Of a stretch of 64,000 bases of DNA, positions 30,282 to 39,412 are shown in pieces. Numbering within the stretch: the stretch's first letter is position 1; every line of letters begins with the position of its first letter. This DNA comes from an uncultured Pseudomonadales bacterium (GTDB lineage Bacteria > Patescibacteriota > Microgenomatia > UBA1400 > CAYXSR01). The position numbers and the translations under genes are program-made. The notes under the pieces are model-generated. The model searched no databases. It saw nothing but the letters and a program-made list of their open reading frames with translations, and was not told the origin of the DNA. The stretch is taken from assembly GCA_964467735.1 (NCBI GenBank), contig CAYXSR010000003.1, forward strand, positions 1,078 to 65,077. The letters are read 5' to 3'.

Positions 30282-31133
30282 TTATCTTTGGCATCGTGGG
30301 CAGTAAAATGTTCCCCGATTACCTATCTTTATCTTTTTTATTAAGCTTCCGCATTTCCTACACTTCTGTTTCTGTCTTTGATAAACACGAAAATGATCTT
30401 GATAAGAACCTTTTTCACCAGTAGGCTGAATATAGGCCTCATCGGCTGCCGAAGACCCTTTATATTTAATTCCTTCTTTTAAAACTTTTATTATTGCTTT
30501 TCTTAATTTTTCAATCTCTTTTTCTGTTAAACTATTTGTTGGTCTTAAAGGTTTTATTCCCGCTTCAAATAAAGCTTCATTAGCATAAATATTGCCGATT
30601 CCGGCAATTTTGTTTTGATCTAGTAAAAATAATTTTATTGCTTTTCGAGAACGAGAAAAATTTTTTTTCAAATAGTCGGTGATAAATTTTTTTGAAAATG
30701 GTTCTGGGCCAAATTTTTTTATTTCTTTTTCAACGGCTTTTTGATCAACCACTTTAATCCAACCAAATTGCCTTAAATCATTATAAAATAACTTGCCACC
30801 ATCAATAGAAAAAATTATGTGGGTAGTTTTTCCCGGAAGATGATTATTGCTAAAAGGAATTGGGTGACCTAAAGATATTTGATCACCTGCCTTAGGAACC
30901 CAAACTAATTGGCCGCTCATTTTAAGATGAATCATTAAAAACTTTCCATTAGAAAGTTTAATGAAAATGACTTTAGCGTGCCGTTCAATGCCAGTAATTT
31001 TACTTCCGACAATCTCCTTAGGATTACCATGAAATAATTTCTGTTTTAAAATTTTTATCTCTTTGATTGTTTTGTTAATTATTTTTGAACTAAGAACTCT
31101 TTTGACTGTTTCTACTTCGGGTAATTCTGGCAT
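30282..31133 (-). CDS. mutM: Formamidopyrimidine-DNA glycosylase
   Basis: MPELPEVE, HLKMSG, GIGNIYANE, C-terminal zinc finger. Confidence 0.95.
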   Translation of the reverse strand: MPELPEVETVKRVLSSKIINKTIKEIKILKQKLFHGNPKEIVGSKITGIERHAKVIFIKLSNGKFLMIHLKMSGQLVWVPKAGDQISLGHPIPFSNNHLPGKTTHIIFSIDGGKLFYNDLRQFGWIKVVDQKAVEKEIKKFGPEPFSKKFITDYLKKNFSRSRKAIKLFLLDQNKIAGIGNIYANEALFEAGIKPLRPTNSLTEKEIEKLRKAIIKVLKEGIKYKGSSAADEAYIQPTGEKGSYQDHFRVYQRQKQKCRKCGSLIKKIKIGNRGTFYCPRCQR

Positions 31134-31189
31134 ACAAATCCTTTCTAAAAAATTACCAACTAATTTCTTCCTTATTATATAATAGATGT

Positions 31190-31948
31190 ATGCCTAATAT
31201 CGAACTAATTACTATCTTTTCGGTTATCATTTTCGCTTCGGCATTGGCTTACAAATCTTCTTTTTTACAAAATAAAAAAATTGGCTATATTTCTTTGCTT
31301 CAGGTTTTTTATTTAATACTTATTCCTGGCATCTTATATTCCATTATTTTCTCTTATTTACTAGAAATTTTAGATCGCCCATTAAATAATAATATTTTTT
31401 TGAAAGATCGGCTTCTAATTACTCTTTTATTATTATCAATTCTTTATACTTATGGTGGTATTGTTATCCATAGTATCGGCAAAACACTTAATTCTTACTT
31501 TAAAAAAAAACAATCACTGGCTTTTAAAGTTAATAGTTATTTTCATCGTGATTTCAGTCATAATCTAGTTTTTATTGGCGCGATCGCTAGTGGCACTTTT
31601 TTTTCTCTTCTGGAGTTAAACCACATTTCTCCTTATCCGGAACAAACTAAGTTTTTAATAATAGTCTTAAATGGTTTGTTTATTGGCTTAGCTTCAATTC
31701 TGAGTTTAAGTTTTTACAAAAGAAATTGGTTGGAGCTTAAGTTTTTCTTTTTATCTTTGTGGATAATGATTATTATTGTTAGTTATGCTAGTAAGCCTTA
31801 TTTAAAAATTTTAAAAAGTTATCCTTTTACTTTAACCATGTTAATTGTTTTCTCTTTTCTGGCTAGCTTAAACATTTTTCTTTTCGTCCGAAAGTTTAAA
31901 CACAAAATAAAAATCATCTGGCGCATTCCGAAAAAATTATTTGAATAA
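31190..31948 (+). CDS. Hypothetical polytopic membrane protein
   Basis: About 7 hydrophobic segments; H...SH motif. Confidence 0.7.
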   Translation: MPNIELITIFSVIIFASALAYKSSFLQNKKIGYISLLQVFYLILIPGILYSIIFSYLLEILDRPLNNNIFLKDRLLITLLLLSILYTYGGIVIHSIGKTLNSYFKKKQSLAFKVNSYFHRDFSHNLVFIGAIASGTFFSLLELNHISPYPEQTKFLIIVLNGLFIGLASILSLSFYKRNWLELKFFFLSLWIMIIIVSYASKPYLKILKSYPFTLTMLIVFSFLASLNIFLFVRKFKHKIKIIWRIPKKLFE

Positions 31949-31954
31949 AAGAAG

Positions 31955-33067
31955 CTAAGTAATACTATTTACAAAATCTTTTATCTGTTTTTTAAACCTA
32001 TCTTTTGAAAATTTTCTTGCTTGATTCAGACAATCTTTTGGTTTTGTTTTTTTTGTTTCTAGTTTTTTAATTGCTTTTGTTAATTTGCTTATTTTCAACT
32101 CATCTATAAATAGTCCTGTTTTTTTATCAACAACAGACTCGACTACTCCGCCTGATTTTAAAGCAATTACTGGTTTTCCAAAAGCCATTGCCTCAACTGG
32201 TGTAATACCAAAATCTTCTTCTTCAGCTAAATATAAGACTGCTTTACAATTACTGTATAATTCTTTTAATTTTTTATCATTTACATATCCTAAAAATTCA
32301 ATAAAAGTGCTTCCAGCGGCTAATTTTTTAAGATTTTTTTCTTCTGGCCCGCTACCAGCAACTTTTAACTTAAGCTTTAATCTTTTACAAGTTTTGATTG
32401 CCAAAGCAACATTTTTATGCTGAACCAAACGATTAACCATTAAAAAGTAATCTCCTTTTTCCATTGAACCAATATCTTGCTTGTGAGCTGTTAAAATTGG
32501 TGGGTAAATTACTTTTGCGTCTCGGCGATAAAATTTAGCAATTCGTTTTTGAACCTCTTTACTATTACAAATAAAAAAATCAACCGTCTGACTACTTTTA
32601 AAATCATAATAACGCATAAATGGATTAACAATATTGGCGTATAACCTCCCCCACCAAAATTGTTTGAAATTTAAAGCGGTTGGATAACCATATAAATAGC
32701 GTGGCGGGGTGTGACAATAACAAATATAAATCGGTTTTTTAGCTTTTTTAGTCAGAGAAACACCTTTCGACATGTACCAAGCTGATGAAGAAATTACGAT
32801 ATCAAAATCAGAAAAATCAAAACTCTTCCAAATCTTTGGCGCTAAAAAACGTAAAGGTGAACATAAAAAATTTTTAAAGGGGATCTTGTCAAACCATGAA
32901 GGAATAATTTTCCAGTTTTTCCATTCTGGTTTTTCTTTCTTTAACCAATACCAATCAACCCAAGCAGTATAAATCGGCGCTTCCGGCCAAATTTCAGATA
33001 AAGCTTCCAAAACCCGCTCAGCTCCACCGTAGGTATATAAATAGTCATGAACTAAGGCAATTTTCAT
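31955..33067 (-). CDS. GT4 glycosyltransferase
   Basis: HDYL..GGAERV, CHTPPRY, EDFGITPVEAMA. Confidence 0.92.
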   Translation of the reverse strand: MKIALVHDYLYTYGGAERVLEALSEIWPEAPIYTAWVDWYWLKKEKPEWKNWKIIPSWFDKIPFKNFLCSPLRFLAPKIWKSFDFSDFDIVISSSAWYMSKGVSLTKKAKKPIYICYCHTPPRYLYGYPTALNFKQFWWGRLYANIVNPFMRYYDFKSSQTVDFFICNSKEVQKRIAKFYRRDAKVIYPPILTAHKQDIGSMEKGDYFLMVNRLVQHKNVALAIKTCKRLKLKLKVAGSGPEEKNLKKLAAGSTFIEFLGYVNDKKLKELYSNCKAVLYLAEEEDFGITPVEAMAFGKPVIALKSGGVVESVVDKKTGLFIDELKISKLTKAIKKLETKKTKPKDCLNQARKFSKDRFKKQIKDFVNSIT

Positions 33068-33074
33068 AAAAACA

Positions 33075-34004
33075 TTAAAACAAACTTGTTTGTTGTCCTT
33101 TTTTCTTTGCTTTTTTATGAACTAATATTTCCTCTACTTCTTCTTCCCAGTTATCATTAGGTAATTTGTTGATTAAACTTTTAAACTCTAATTTTTTAAA
33201 AATAGCAACTGCTTTTTGTTTATCATAATCTGTTAGCCGACAGTCTTTCAATTTAAAATCTATCGGAACATCAGCTACAATCTCAGCCAATTTGTAAGAC
33301 AGAAGGGCTTGTTCTTCTTCATCTTTAAGTTTAGTGATAGTTTTTTTATCAATTTTATCTAAATTATCGTAAATTTCTTTCAAACCACCAAATTGGGTGA
33401 TAAGCTTGGTAGCGGTTTTTGGACCAATGCCTTTAACTCCAGGAATACCATCAGAAGCATCACCAGCCAAAGATTTAAAATCAACTAGGCGTCGTGGTTC
33501 AAAACTATATTTTTCCAAAAATGCTTTTCTATCAAACATTAGGGCGGGTTTCCTACCCCTTCCTGGAACAAAAACTTTAATTTTATTATCAATTAATTGA
33601 AAAGCATCTCGATCGCCAGTCACGATAATAACTTCGTCTACTTGAGCTCTTTTGGCTAGAGTTCCAATAACATCGTCTGCTTCATAACCTTCTACTTCAA
33701 AGATGGGAATATTTAGAATCTCTACTACCTGGTGGGTACGGGGAATCTGTTTGGTTAGCTCTTCATCAACTTTGGGCCGGTGAGCTTTATAAGCTTCAAA
33801 TTCTTTATGTCTGAAAGTAGGTTTAGGTAAGTCAAAAGCTACGACAACGTACTTTGGTTTTAATTGCTTCAAAACTGTTAGTAAAATACTAGTAAATCCA
33901 TAAACAGCACTAATAAGTTCTCCTTTTGAAGTCATCAGTGGTGGATAAGCGTGATAAGCCCGATGTAAAATTGCATGCCCATCAATTAGAACTAGTCTAC
34001 TCAT
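33075..34004 (-). CDS. Stand-alone PolA-type 5'-3' exonuclease/flap endonuclease
   Basis: LIDGHAILHRAYHA, EADDVIGT, GDASDGIPGVKGIGPKTA; no polymerase domain. Confidence 0.9.
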   Translation of the reverse strand: MSRLVLIDGHAILHRAYHAYPPLMTSKGELISAVYGFTSILLTVLKQLKPKYVVVAFDLPKPTFRHKEFEAYKAHRPKVDEELTKQIPRTHQVVEILNIPIFEVEGYEADDVIGTLAKRAQVDEVIIVTGDRDAFQLIDNKIKVFVPGRGRKPALMFDRKAFLEKYSFEPRRLVDFKSLAGDASDGIPGVKGIGPKTATKLITQFGGLKEIYDNLDKIDKKTITKLKDEEEQALLSYKLAEIVADVPIDFKLKDCRLTDYDKQKAVAIFKKLEFKSLINKLPNDNWEEEVEEILVHKKAKKKGQQTSLF

Positions 34005-34066
34005 AAACCTATTTTAACATGAAACTAAATCGAAATTTGGGAACCTGGAGGTTTTTTGGGTAATTA

Positions 34067-35938
34067 TTATTTCCCCATTAGTTTTTCGAAGTCTTCTTGT
34101 TCAAGTGTCTCTTTCTTTAAGAGACTGTCTGCAATCTTATCTAAGTTCTTTTTGTTTTTTTTCAAAATTTCTTTTGCTTTTCTATATCCCTCATCAACAA
34201 TTCTTTTAACTTCTTTGTCTACCTTAGCACTCATTTCATCAGAAATTCTTGAGGGTTCAACCCAGCTCCTACCCCACTCTGTTTCATCAATAATTGGTCC
34301 AAGATTAACTGGTCCTAAATCACTCATACCGTATTCAATAACCATTTTCCTGGCAATTTGAGTAGCCTTAATTATGTCTGACGAGGCACCACTAGTAAAT
34401 TCATTGAAAATCATTTCTTCGGCCGCTCGACCGCCTAAAAGCGAACTAATCATTTCTAAAAGATGAGAGCGAGTCTCATGAATTCTGTCTTTTTTAGGTG
34501 GAATTACTGTATACCCTAAAGCCATTCCTCTAGATACAATAGAAATTCTATGAACTGGGTCCATATGAGGTAAATTAAAAGTCACAACTGCATGACCAGC
34601 TTCATGATAAGCAGTCATTTTCCGGTCAAGCTTGGTTTGCAACCGTTTTTTTTCTGGACCTAATTTAACTTTCATAGCTGCTTCTTCAATATCAGCCATT
34701 GAAATTTCTTTACGATTGTTACGGGCTGCCCAAATTGCCGCTTCATTTAACATATTTTCCAAGTCAGCACCAGAAAAACCAACGGTTCTTTTGGCCACCT
34801 TCTCCCAATCAACCGCCTTAGTAAAGGGTTTGCCTTTCTTATGAATATTCAAAACTTTTTTTCTTCCTTCAATATCTGGCAAATCCAAAACTACTCGTCT
34901 ATCAAATCTACCTGGTCTCATTAAAGCTGGATCAAGTAGGTCTGCTCTGTTAGTAGCGGCAATTACAATTACATGATCATTAGGAGTAAATCCATCCATT
35001 TCTACCAAAATTTGATTTAAAGTTTGTTCTCTCTCATCATGACCGCCAGCCGCACCAAGACCCCGAATTCTCCCAATAGCATCAATCTCGTCAATAAAAA
35101 TAATTGAAGAGCCGGCTTTTTTGGCAGTGTTAAAAAGGTCACGAACTCTGCTAGCTCCAACTCCAACCAACATTTCCATAAATTCTGAACCGGCCATTGA
35201 GAAAAAAGGAACACCTGCCTCACCGGCAACCGCCTTTGCTAATAAGGTCTTGCCTGTTCCACTCGGACCAACTAATAAAACACCCTTAGGAGTTCTTGCC
35301 CCAAGCAAATGATATTTTCTTGGATGTTTTAAAAAATCAACAATTTCTTCCAACTCCTTCTTAGCCTCATCCACACCTCCAACGTCTTTAAAAGTGACAC
35401 TTTGTTTACCTTTGAAAAAAAGTTTTGCCCGAGATTTACCAAAAGAGAAAATAGAATCCTGACTGCCACGAGCTTGTTTAAAAATAAATAAGAAAATTGC
35501 CCCAGTTAAAATTACTGGCAATAAGATCTCTAAAATCCCAAACCAAACCTTAGCAGCTGATTGATCCTTAATTTTAAAGTTAACGTCAGCCGGATTGATT
35601 TGGGCATTATGTAAAATTTCGACAAATGATTCTTGGGGTTCTTTTCTAGAAACATACAAACCATCATCTTTGTAATTAATATAAAGACTTTCTCCTTCTA
35701 CCTCTATTTTCTCAATCTTATCTTCTTTAATATCTTTCAAAACCGTTGGCAGGTCCTTATCGCCTTCAGGAATTGGCCCTTTTAGAGCAAAAATGAAATT
35801 TAAGGCAATGAAAGCAATAAATAGCCACAAAATAATTTTTTTGAAACTTATTTTTATTTCAAATTTTTTCATCACTTTTTGCTTTTTAGGATCGAATTTT
35901 AAAATATGTTCTGGATTGGGTTTAGTAGTTTTTGCCAT
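34067..35938 (-). CDS. ftsH: ATP-dependent zinc metalloprotease FtsH
   Basis: Two TMs, [24 protein letters not shown]. Confidence 0.96.
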   Translation of the reverse strand: MAKTTKPNPEHILKFDPKKQKVMKKFEIKISFKKIILWLFIAFIALNFIFALKGPIPEGDKDLPTVLKDIKEDKIEKIEVEGESLYINYKDDGLYVSRKEPQESFVEILHNAQINPADVNFKIKDQSAAKVWFGILEILLPVILTGAIFLFIFKQARGSQDSIFSFGKSRAKLFFKGKQSVTFKDVGGVDEAKKELEEIVDFLKHPRKYHLLGARTPKGVLLVGPSGTGKTLLAKAVAGEAGVPFFSMAGSEFMEMLVGVGASRVRDLFNTAKKAGSSIIFIDEIDAIGRIRGLGAAGGHDEREQTLNQILVEMDGFTPNDHVIVIAATNRADLLDPALMRPGRFDRRVVLDLPDIEGRKKVLNIHKKGKPFTKAVDWEKVAKRTVGFSGADLENMLNEAAIWAARNNRKEISMADIEEAAMKVKLGPEKKRLQTKLDRKMTAYHEAGHAVVTFNLPHMDPVHRISIVSRGMALGYTVIPPKKDRIHETRSHLLEMISSLLGGRAAEEMIFNEFTSGASSDIIKATQIARKMVIEYGMSDLGPVNLGPIIDETEWGRSWVEPSRISDEMSAKVDKEVKRIVDEGYRKAKEILKKNKKNLDKIADSLLKKETLEQEDFEKLMGK

Positions 35939-35957
35939 GCTCCAATCTTAGCAAAAA

Positions 35958-35986
35958 AACCGCCTAAAAACAAACTTTTAGGCGGT
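35958..35986 (-). terminator. Intrinsic terminator after trpS
   Basis: ACCGCCTAAAA/TTTTAGGCGGT inverted repeat followed by U-run on minus strand. Confidence 0.75.
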
Positions 35987-36020
35987 AAAAAGTTGCTTGT
36001 TTATCCCACAATTATCAAAT

Positions 36021-37013
36021 TCACAATCCCCCCGTTAATCCCATTTTTTGCTTAACTTCTTTTAATGTTTCACAAGCTATTTTTCTGGCTTTTTCAGCTC
36101 CTTCACGAATTATTTTTTCTACATATTTAGGATTTTTTATCAATTTTTTTCTTTTTTCTTGAATTGGTCTCAATACTTTATAAATAGAGTCTGTCAAATC
36201 AACTTTCAATGCATAATATCTAATTCCATTACCCAAATATTTTTCTTCATAATCTTTTCTTTTTTTCTCTCCTTGAAACAACTCTACCAATTTTAATAAA
36301 CTTGCTAGATTACCTTTTTCGGGTATACTTTCTCCTTTACCAGAATCTGTAGGAATTTTTGCTAATTTTTGATGAATCATTTCTTTATTATCATCTAAAT
36401 TAATATAACTTCCTTCCACACTTTTACTCATTTTCCCCTCTCCTTTTAAACTTGGTACATATTCCCCTTTGGTAGCAAATCTTTTTGGCTCGGGGAAATT
36501 GGTTCCATATTCACTGTTCATCTTTCTGGCTATTTCTCGGGCAACTTCCAAATGCGGTTCTTGATCAATTCCCACCGGTACCAAACTGGCTTTATAAACC
36601 AAAATATCGGCTGCCATTAAAACTGGATAGTTAAGCAACGCCATTGTCACGTTTTTAGGATATTGTTTTACCTTATCTTTAAAAGTTGGCAAATGTTGCA
36701 TTCTGGCTACATTTACAACTGATGATAATAAAAAGCTTAATTGAGTATGTTCTGGCACTAAAGACTGAGCAGCAATGATAGCTTTTTTGGGATCTAATCC
36801 CGCTGCTAAATAGTCAATAATGACTTCTCGACTCAATTGGGACAAAATTTTCTTATCGTAGGGAGTTGTAATAGCATGCAAATCCATAACCATATATAAA
36901 CACTCATATTCTGGTTTGTTTTGTAATTCAATATAGCCTTTGATTGCCCCTAAATAATTTCCCAAATGTAGTCTCCCAGTTGCTCTGGTTCCAGAAAAAA
37001 CTATTTTTTTCAT
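36021..37013 (-). CDS. trpS: Tryptophanyl-tRNA synthetase
   Basis: HLGNY, YPVLMAADIL, VPVGIDQ..H, KMSKS. Confidence 0.96.
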   Translation of the reverse strand: MKKIVFSGTRATGRLHLGNYLGAIKGYIELQNKPEYECLYMVMDLHAITTPYDKKILSQLSREVIIDYLAAGLDPKKAIIAAQSLVPEHTQLSFLLSSVVNVARMQHLPTFKDKVKQYPKNVTMALLNYPVLMAADILVYKASLVPVGIDQEPHLEVAREIARKMNSEYGTNFPEPKRFATKGEYVPSLKGEGKMSKSVEGSYINLDDNKEMIHQKLAKIPTDSGKGESIPEKGNLASLLKLVELFQGEKKRKDYEEKYLGNGIRYYALKVDLTDSIYKVLRPIQEKRKKLIKNPKYVEKIIREGAEKARKIACETLKEVKQKMGLTGGL

Positions 37014-37061
37014 ATTTTTTTTCGCCGATAAAGGCGAACTCCTTTAATATTATTTTATACT

Positions 37062-37230
37062 AAAAAACCCTTGTTAATGTCGAATAAATCGACGCTAACA
37101 AGGGCTCTTTATCTATTTAATAAAGGGCGGTGCCACCTTTTATTATACTCATTTCTGCTATTACGGGCTTACCCGATCCGCTTTTAAACGGACAGCTCCC
37201 GAGTCCCAACCATACTCGGTCTTAACGCTT
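37062..37230 (-). ncRNA. Trp T-box riboswitch with ultra-short Stem I and terminator
   Basis: AAGG-TGGCACC-GC T-box at 37139-37127; antiterminator overlaps terminator 37062-37108; TGG codons in Stem I loop. Confidence 0.8.
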
Positions 37231-37249
37231 TTTATTATTTTCAATTATA

Positions 37250-37351
37250 TCACAAATTAGCTTTTTTCTGTTTCTTTTTGTCCTTCTTCTTTTTTATCCT
37301 TTGTTTTTGTCTAATTTTCATGCGGCGCCTTTTCTTGCGTTCTATTCCCAT
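37250..37351 (-). CDS. 33-aa highly basic small protein MGIERKKRRRMKIRQKQRIKKKKDKKKQKKANL
   Basis: GGAGG SD, ATG, 19/33 K+R; below ORF-track cutoff. Confidence 0.6.
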   Translation of the reverse strand: MGIERKKRRRMKIRQKQRIKKKKDKKKQKKANL

Positions 37352-37437
37352 CTTCCCCCTCCCTTCTTAATCAAACTTCTTAATCTTATTAAGATTATCT
37401 CAACTCAGACAATCCAAATAACGAAGATTATTATAAG

Positions 37438-37510
37438 TGACAGGGGTGGGAGTTGAACCCACGACCGCCGGTTTATGAGTCCGGTGCTCTACCAACTGAG
37501 CTACCCTGCC
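37438..37510 (-). tRNA. tRNA with CAT anticodon (elongator Met, or Ile2)
   Basis: GGCAGGG/CCCTGTC acceptor, TAGCTCAGTTGGTAGAGC D arm, CTCATAA loop, GTTCAACTC. Confidence 0.92.
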
Positions 37511-37642
37511 TTAAAATTATTAAATGTATCAGTTAATAATCTAAATACTTAACAGCTTATTTTAACAAAACTAGCCTGGAAAATGAAGCTTTGAAAAACT
37601 TTCCTAATTGCCCTTGCTAAAAACTTTTTCTACAATTACATT

Positions 37643-38041
37643 ATGACACCAGTAACACCCGATTTATCTATCAATATTAGCCACACGATCTATGCTATGT
37701 TTATTCATAATTATATTTTGGCCGCCTATCTTTTAGGTCTGTTTATTTCGATAGTCTTGGCGATTAAAAAACCGACGCGATTTACTATCCTTCTTATTTT
37801 AGGCTTTGCTATTTTAGCTTTCTCTTTTGAATATGATAAACATATCGCCGAAGGATTAAGAGAACAAACTCTTCAATCACTAATCACTACTAAACCTCAT
37901 TATCAGGCACAGAAATGGATAAATATAATTATTGGCGAAGTTATGCCGATTTTTCTTTATATTATAGGTTGGCTCTTAATCTATCTTGCAATTATCATTG
38001 CTTGTCTGAAAAATAAAAAAAATGTAGCGGGTTCTAGGTAA
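37643..38041 (+). CDS. Hypothetical membrane protein
   Basis: Three hydrophobic helices, FEYDKHI motif; TACAAT 6 nt upstream. Confidence 0.7.
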   Translation: MTPVTPDLSINISHTIYAMFIHNYILAAYLLGLFISIVLAIKKPTRFTILLILGFAILAFSFEYDKHIAEGLREQTLQSLITTKPHYQAQKWINIIIGEVMPIFLYIIGWLLIYLAIIIACLKNKKNVAGSR

Positions 38042-38097
38042 CGCTCCTAGATTAAGTGAGGTTATGAGCCTCACGGGATACTTACCCCCCACCCGCT
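38025..38097 (-). tRNA. Atypical tRNA-like element with CAT anticodon
   Basis: AGCGGGT/ACCCGCT acceptor, TGAGG-CTCATAA-CCTCA anticodon arm, TCTAGG-AGCGTTA-CCTAGA arm lacking TTC. Confidence 0.65.
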
Positions 38098-38100
38098 ATC

Positions 38101-38478
38101 TCACTCGCCTATCTTAGCAAAGTCTCCTCTTGAAAGCAAGTTCAACCACTGTTGCCAATTTGATAACTCTTGCCTATTTTTCTGTTCTTCTTTGTCTTTA
38201 GTAACTGTTAATTTCTCAGGAAGAATTACAACAATTTCATCAGGTTTCGCCATTCCTAATTTATCTCTTATCTGCTCTTCTAAAAACAATTCATCTTGAG
38301 CGGCTTTTTTTTCTTTAATTTCTTTATTTTTTTGCTTTTCTTCTTCTAGTTTTTGTCTGGCATCTTCAATTTTTTCGTCGGCATGCCAAAGCCTCCAAAT
38401 ATCTCTAGAAAGATTAACCAACAAAATTAAAATTAAACCCAAAATAACGTAATTAAACATTTTTTTTAGAATTGACAT
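38101..38478 (-). CDS. Septum formation initiator (FtsB/DivIC family)
   Basis: TM + coiled coil + EEQIRDKLGMAKPDEIVV. Confidence 0.85.
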   Translation of the reverse strand: MSILKKMFNYVILGLILILLVNLSRDIWRLWHADEKIEDARQKLEEEKQKNKEIKEKKAAQDELFLEEQIRDKLGMAKPDEIVVILPEKLTVTKDKEEQKNRQELSNWQQWLNLLSRGDFAKIGE

Positions 38479-38500
38479 TTATCCCCTCTGATGTTATTAT
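38472..38500 (+). promoter_or_regulatory. Sigma70 promoter for the recombinase gene
   Basis: TTGACA-17 bp-TATTAT. Confidence 0.6.
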
Positions 38501-38542
38501 AAGACATTATTTTCTTATAAATTCCTGCCCTGAAATAAAATT

Positions 38543-39412
38543 ATGACAAATGATATTAGTGGCCTTAATTCGGCCTATAAAATTTTTTTACAAGAACTCA
38601 AGACTGAAAGTCGTAGTCCTTCGACTATTTTAGCATATGGATGTGACCTCAAACAGTTAATAAAATTTTTAGCTGATAGAGGAAAAGTTAATCCCAACCA
38701 AATTTCTCTCCAGGATTTAAGAGACTTTAAAGAATCTTTAAAAAAAGATGGTTATACTTTAAAATCTGTTTCTAGAAAAATAAATTCTTTACGGACTTTT
38801 TTCCGTTTTTTATCCTCTAAAGGAATCATCAAAGAAAATTTATCTTTAAGAGTCCCTCATCCCAAGGTTCAAATTAAACCTCCTCGAATTTTAACTAAAA
38901 CTGAATATCGAGCTTTACGTGATGCTTGTCGTGGAGATCTAAGAATTTCGGCAATCGTAGAATTACTTCTACAAACAGGAATTCGCGTAAGTGAACTGGC
39001 TAATCTTAAAACTGATGATATGTCTGATACCCATCTCAATATTACGGGTTCCGGAAAAAATTCCCCTCGAGAAATACCATTAAATCGAGCCGCCAAAAGT
39101 GCTTTAGAAAAATATCTAAAAGTCAGACCAGAAACAAAAAATAAAACTCTTTTTGTTACTAAAAAAGGAACTTCTTTTTTAATCAGAAATATTCGTACTT
39201 CAGTTGATCGATATTTTAGAGAAGCAGGAATAAAAGATGCGAAACTTAATGATTTACGACATACTTTTATTGTTCAACAATTACGCTCTGGTATTCCCTT
39301 AACTACTGTCTCTGAACTTGTTGGTCACAAAAGAATTACGACTACAGAAAAATATCTTCAATTCACTAAACTTTTAAATAGTAATACTAAAATAAAATTA
39401 AAAGAACTTTAA
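38543..39412 (+). CDS. XerC/D-like tyrosine recombinase
   Basis: TILAY..DL, TGIRVSEL, NDLRHTF, LVGH..ITTTEKY. Confidence 0.88.
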   Translation: MTNDISGLNSAYKIFLQELKTESRSPSTILAYGCDLKQLIKFLADRGKVNPNQISLQDLRDFKESLKKDGYTLKSVSRKINSLRTFFRFLSSKGIIKENLSLRVPHPKVQIKPPRILTKTEYRALRDACRGDLRISAIVELLLQTGIRVSELANLKTDDMSDTHLNITGSGKNSPREIPLNRAAKSALEKYLKVRPETKNKTLFVTKKGTSFLIRNIRTSVDRYFREAGIKDAKLNDLRHTFIVQQLRSGIPLTTVSELVGHKRITTTEKYLQFTKLLNSNTKIKLKEL

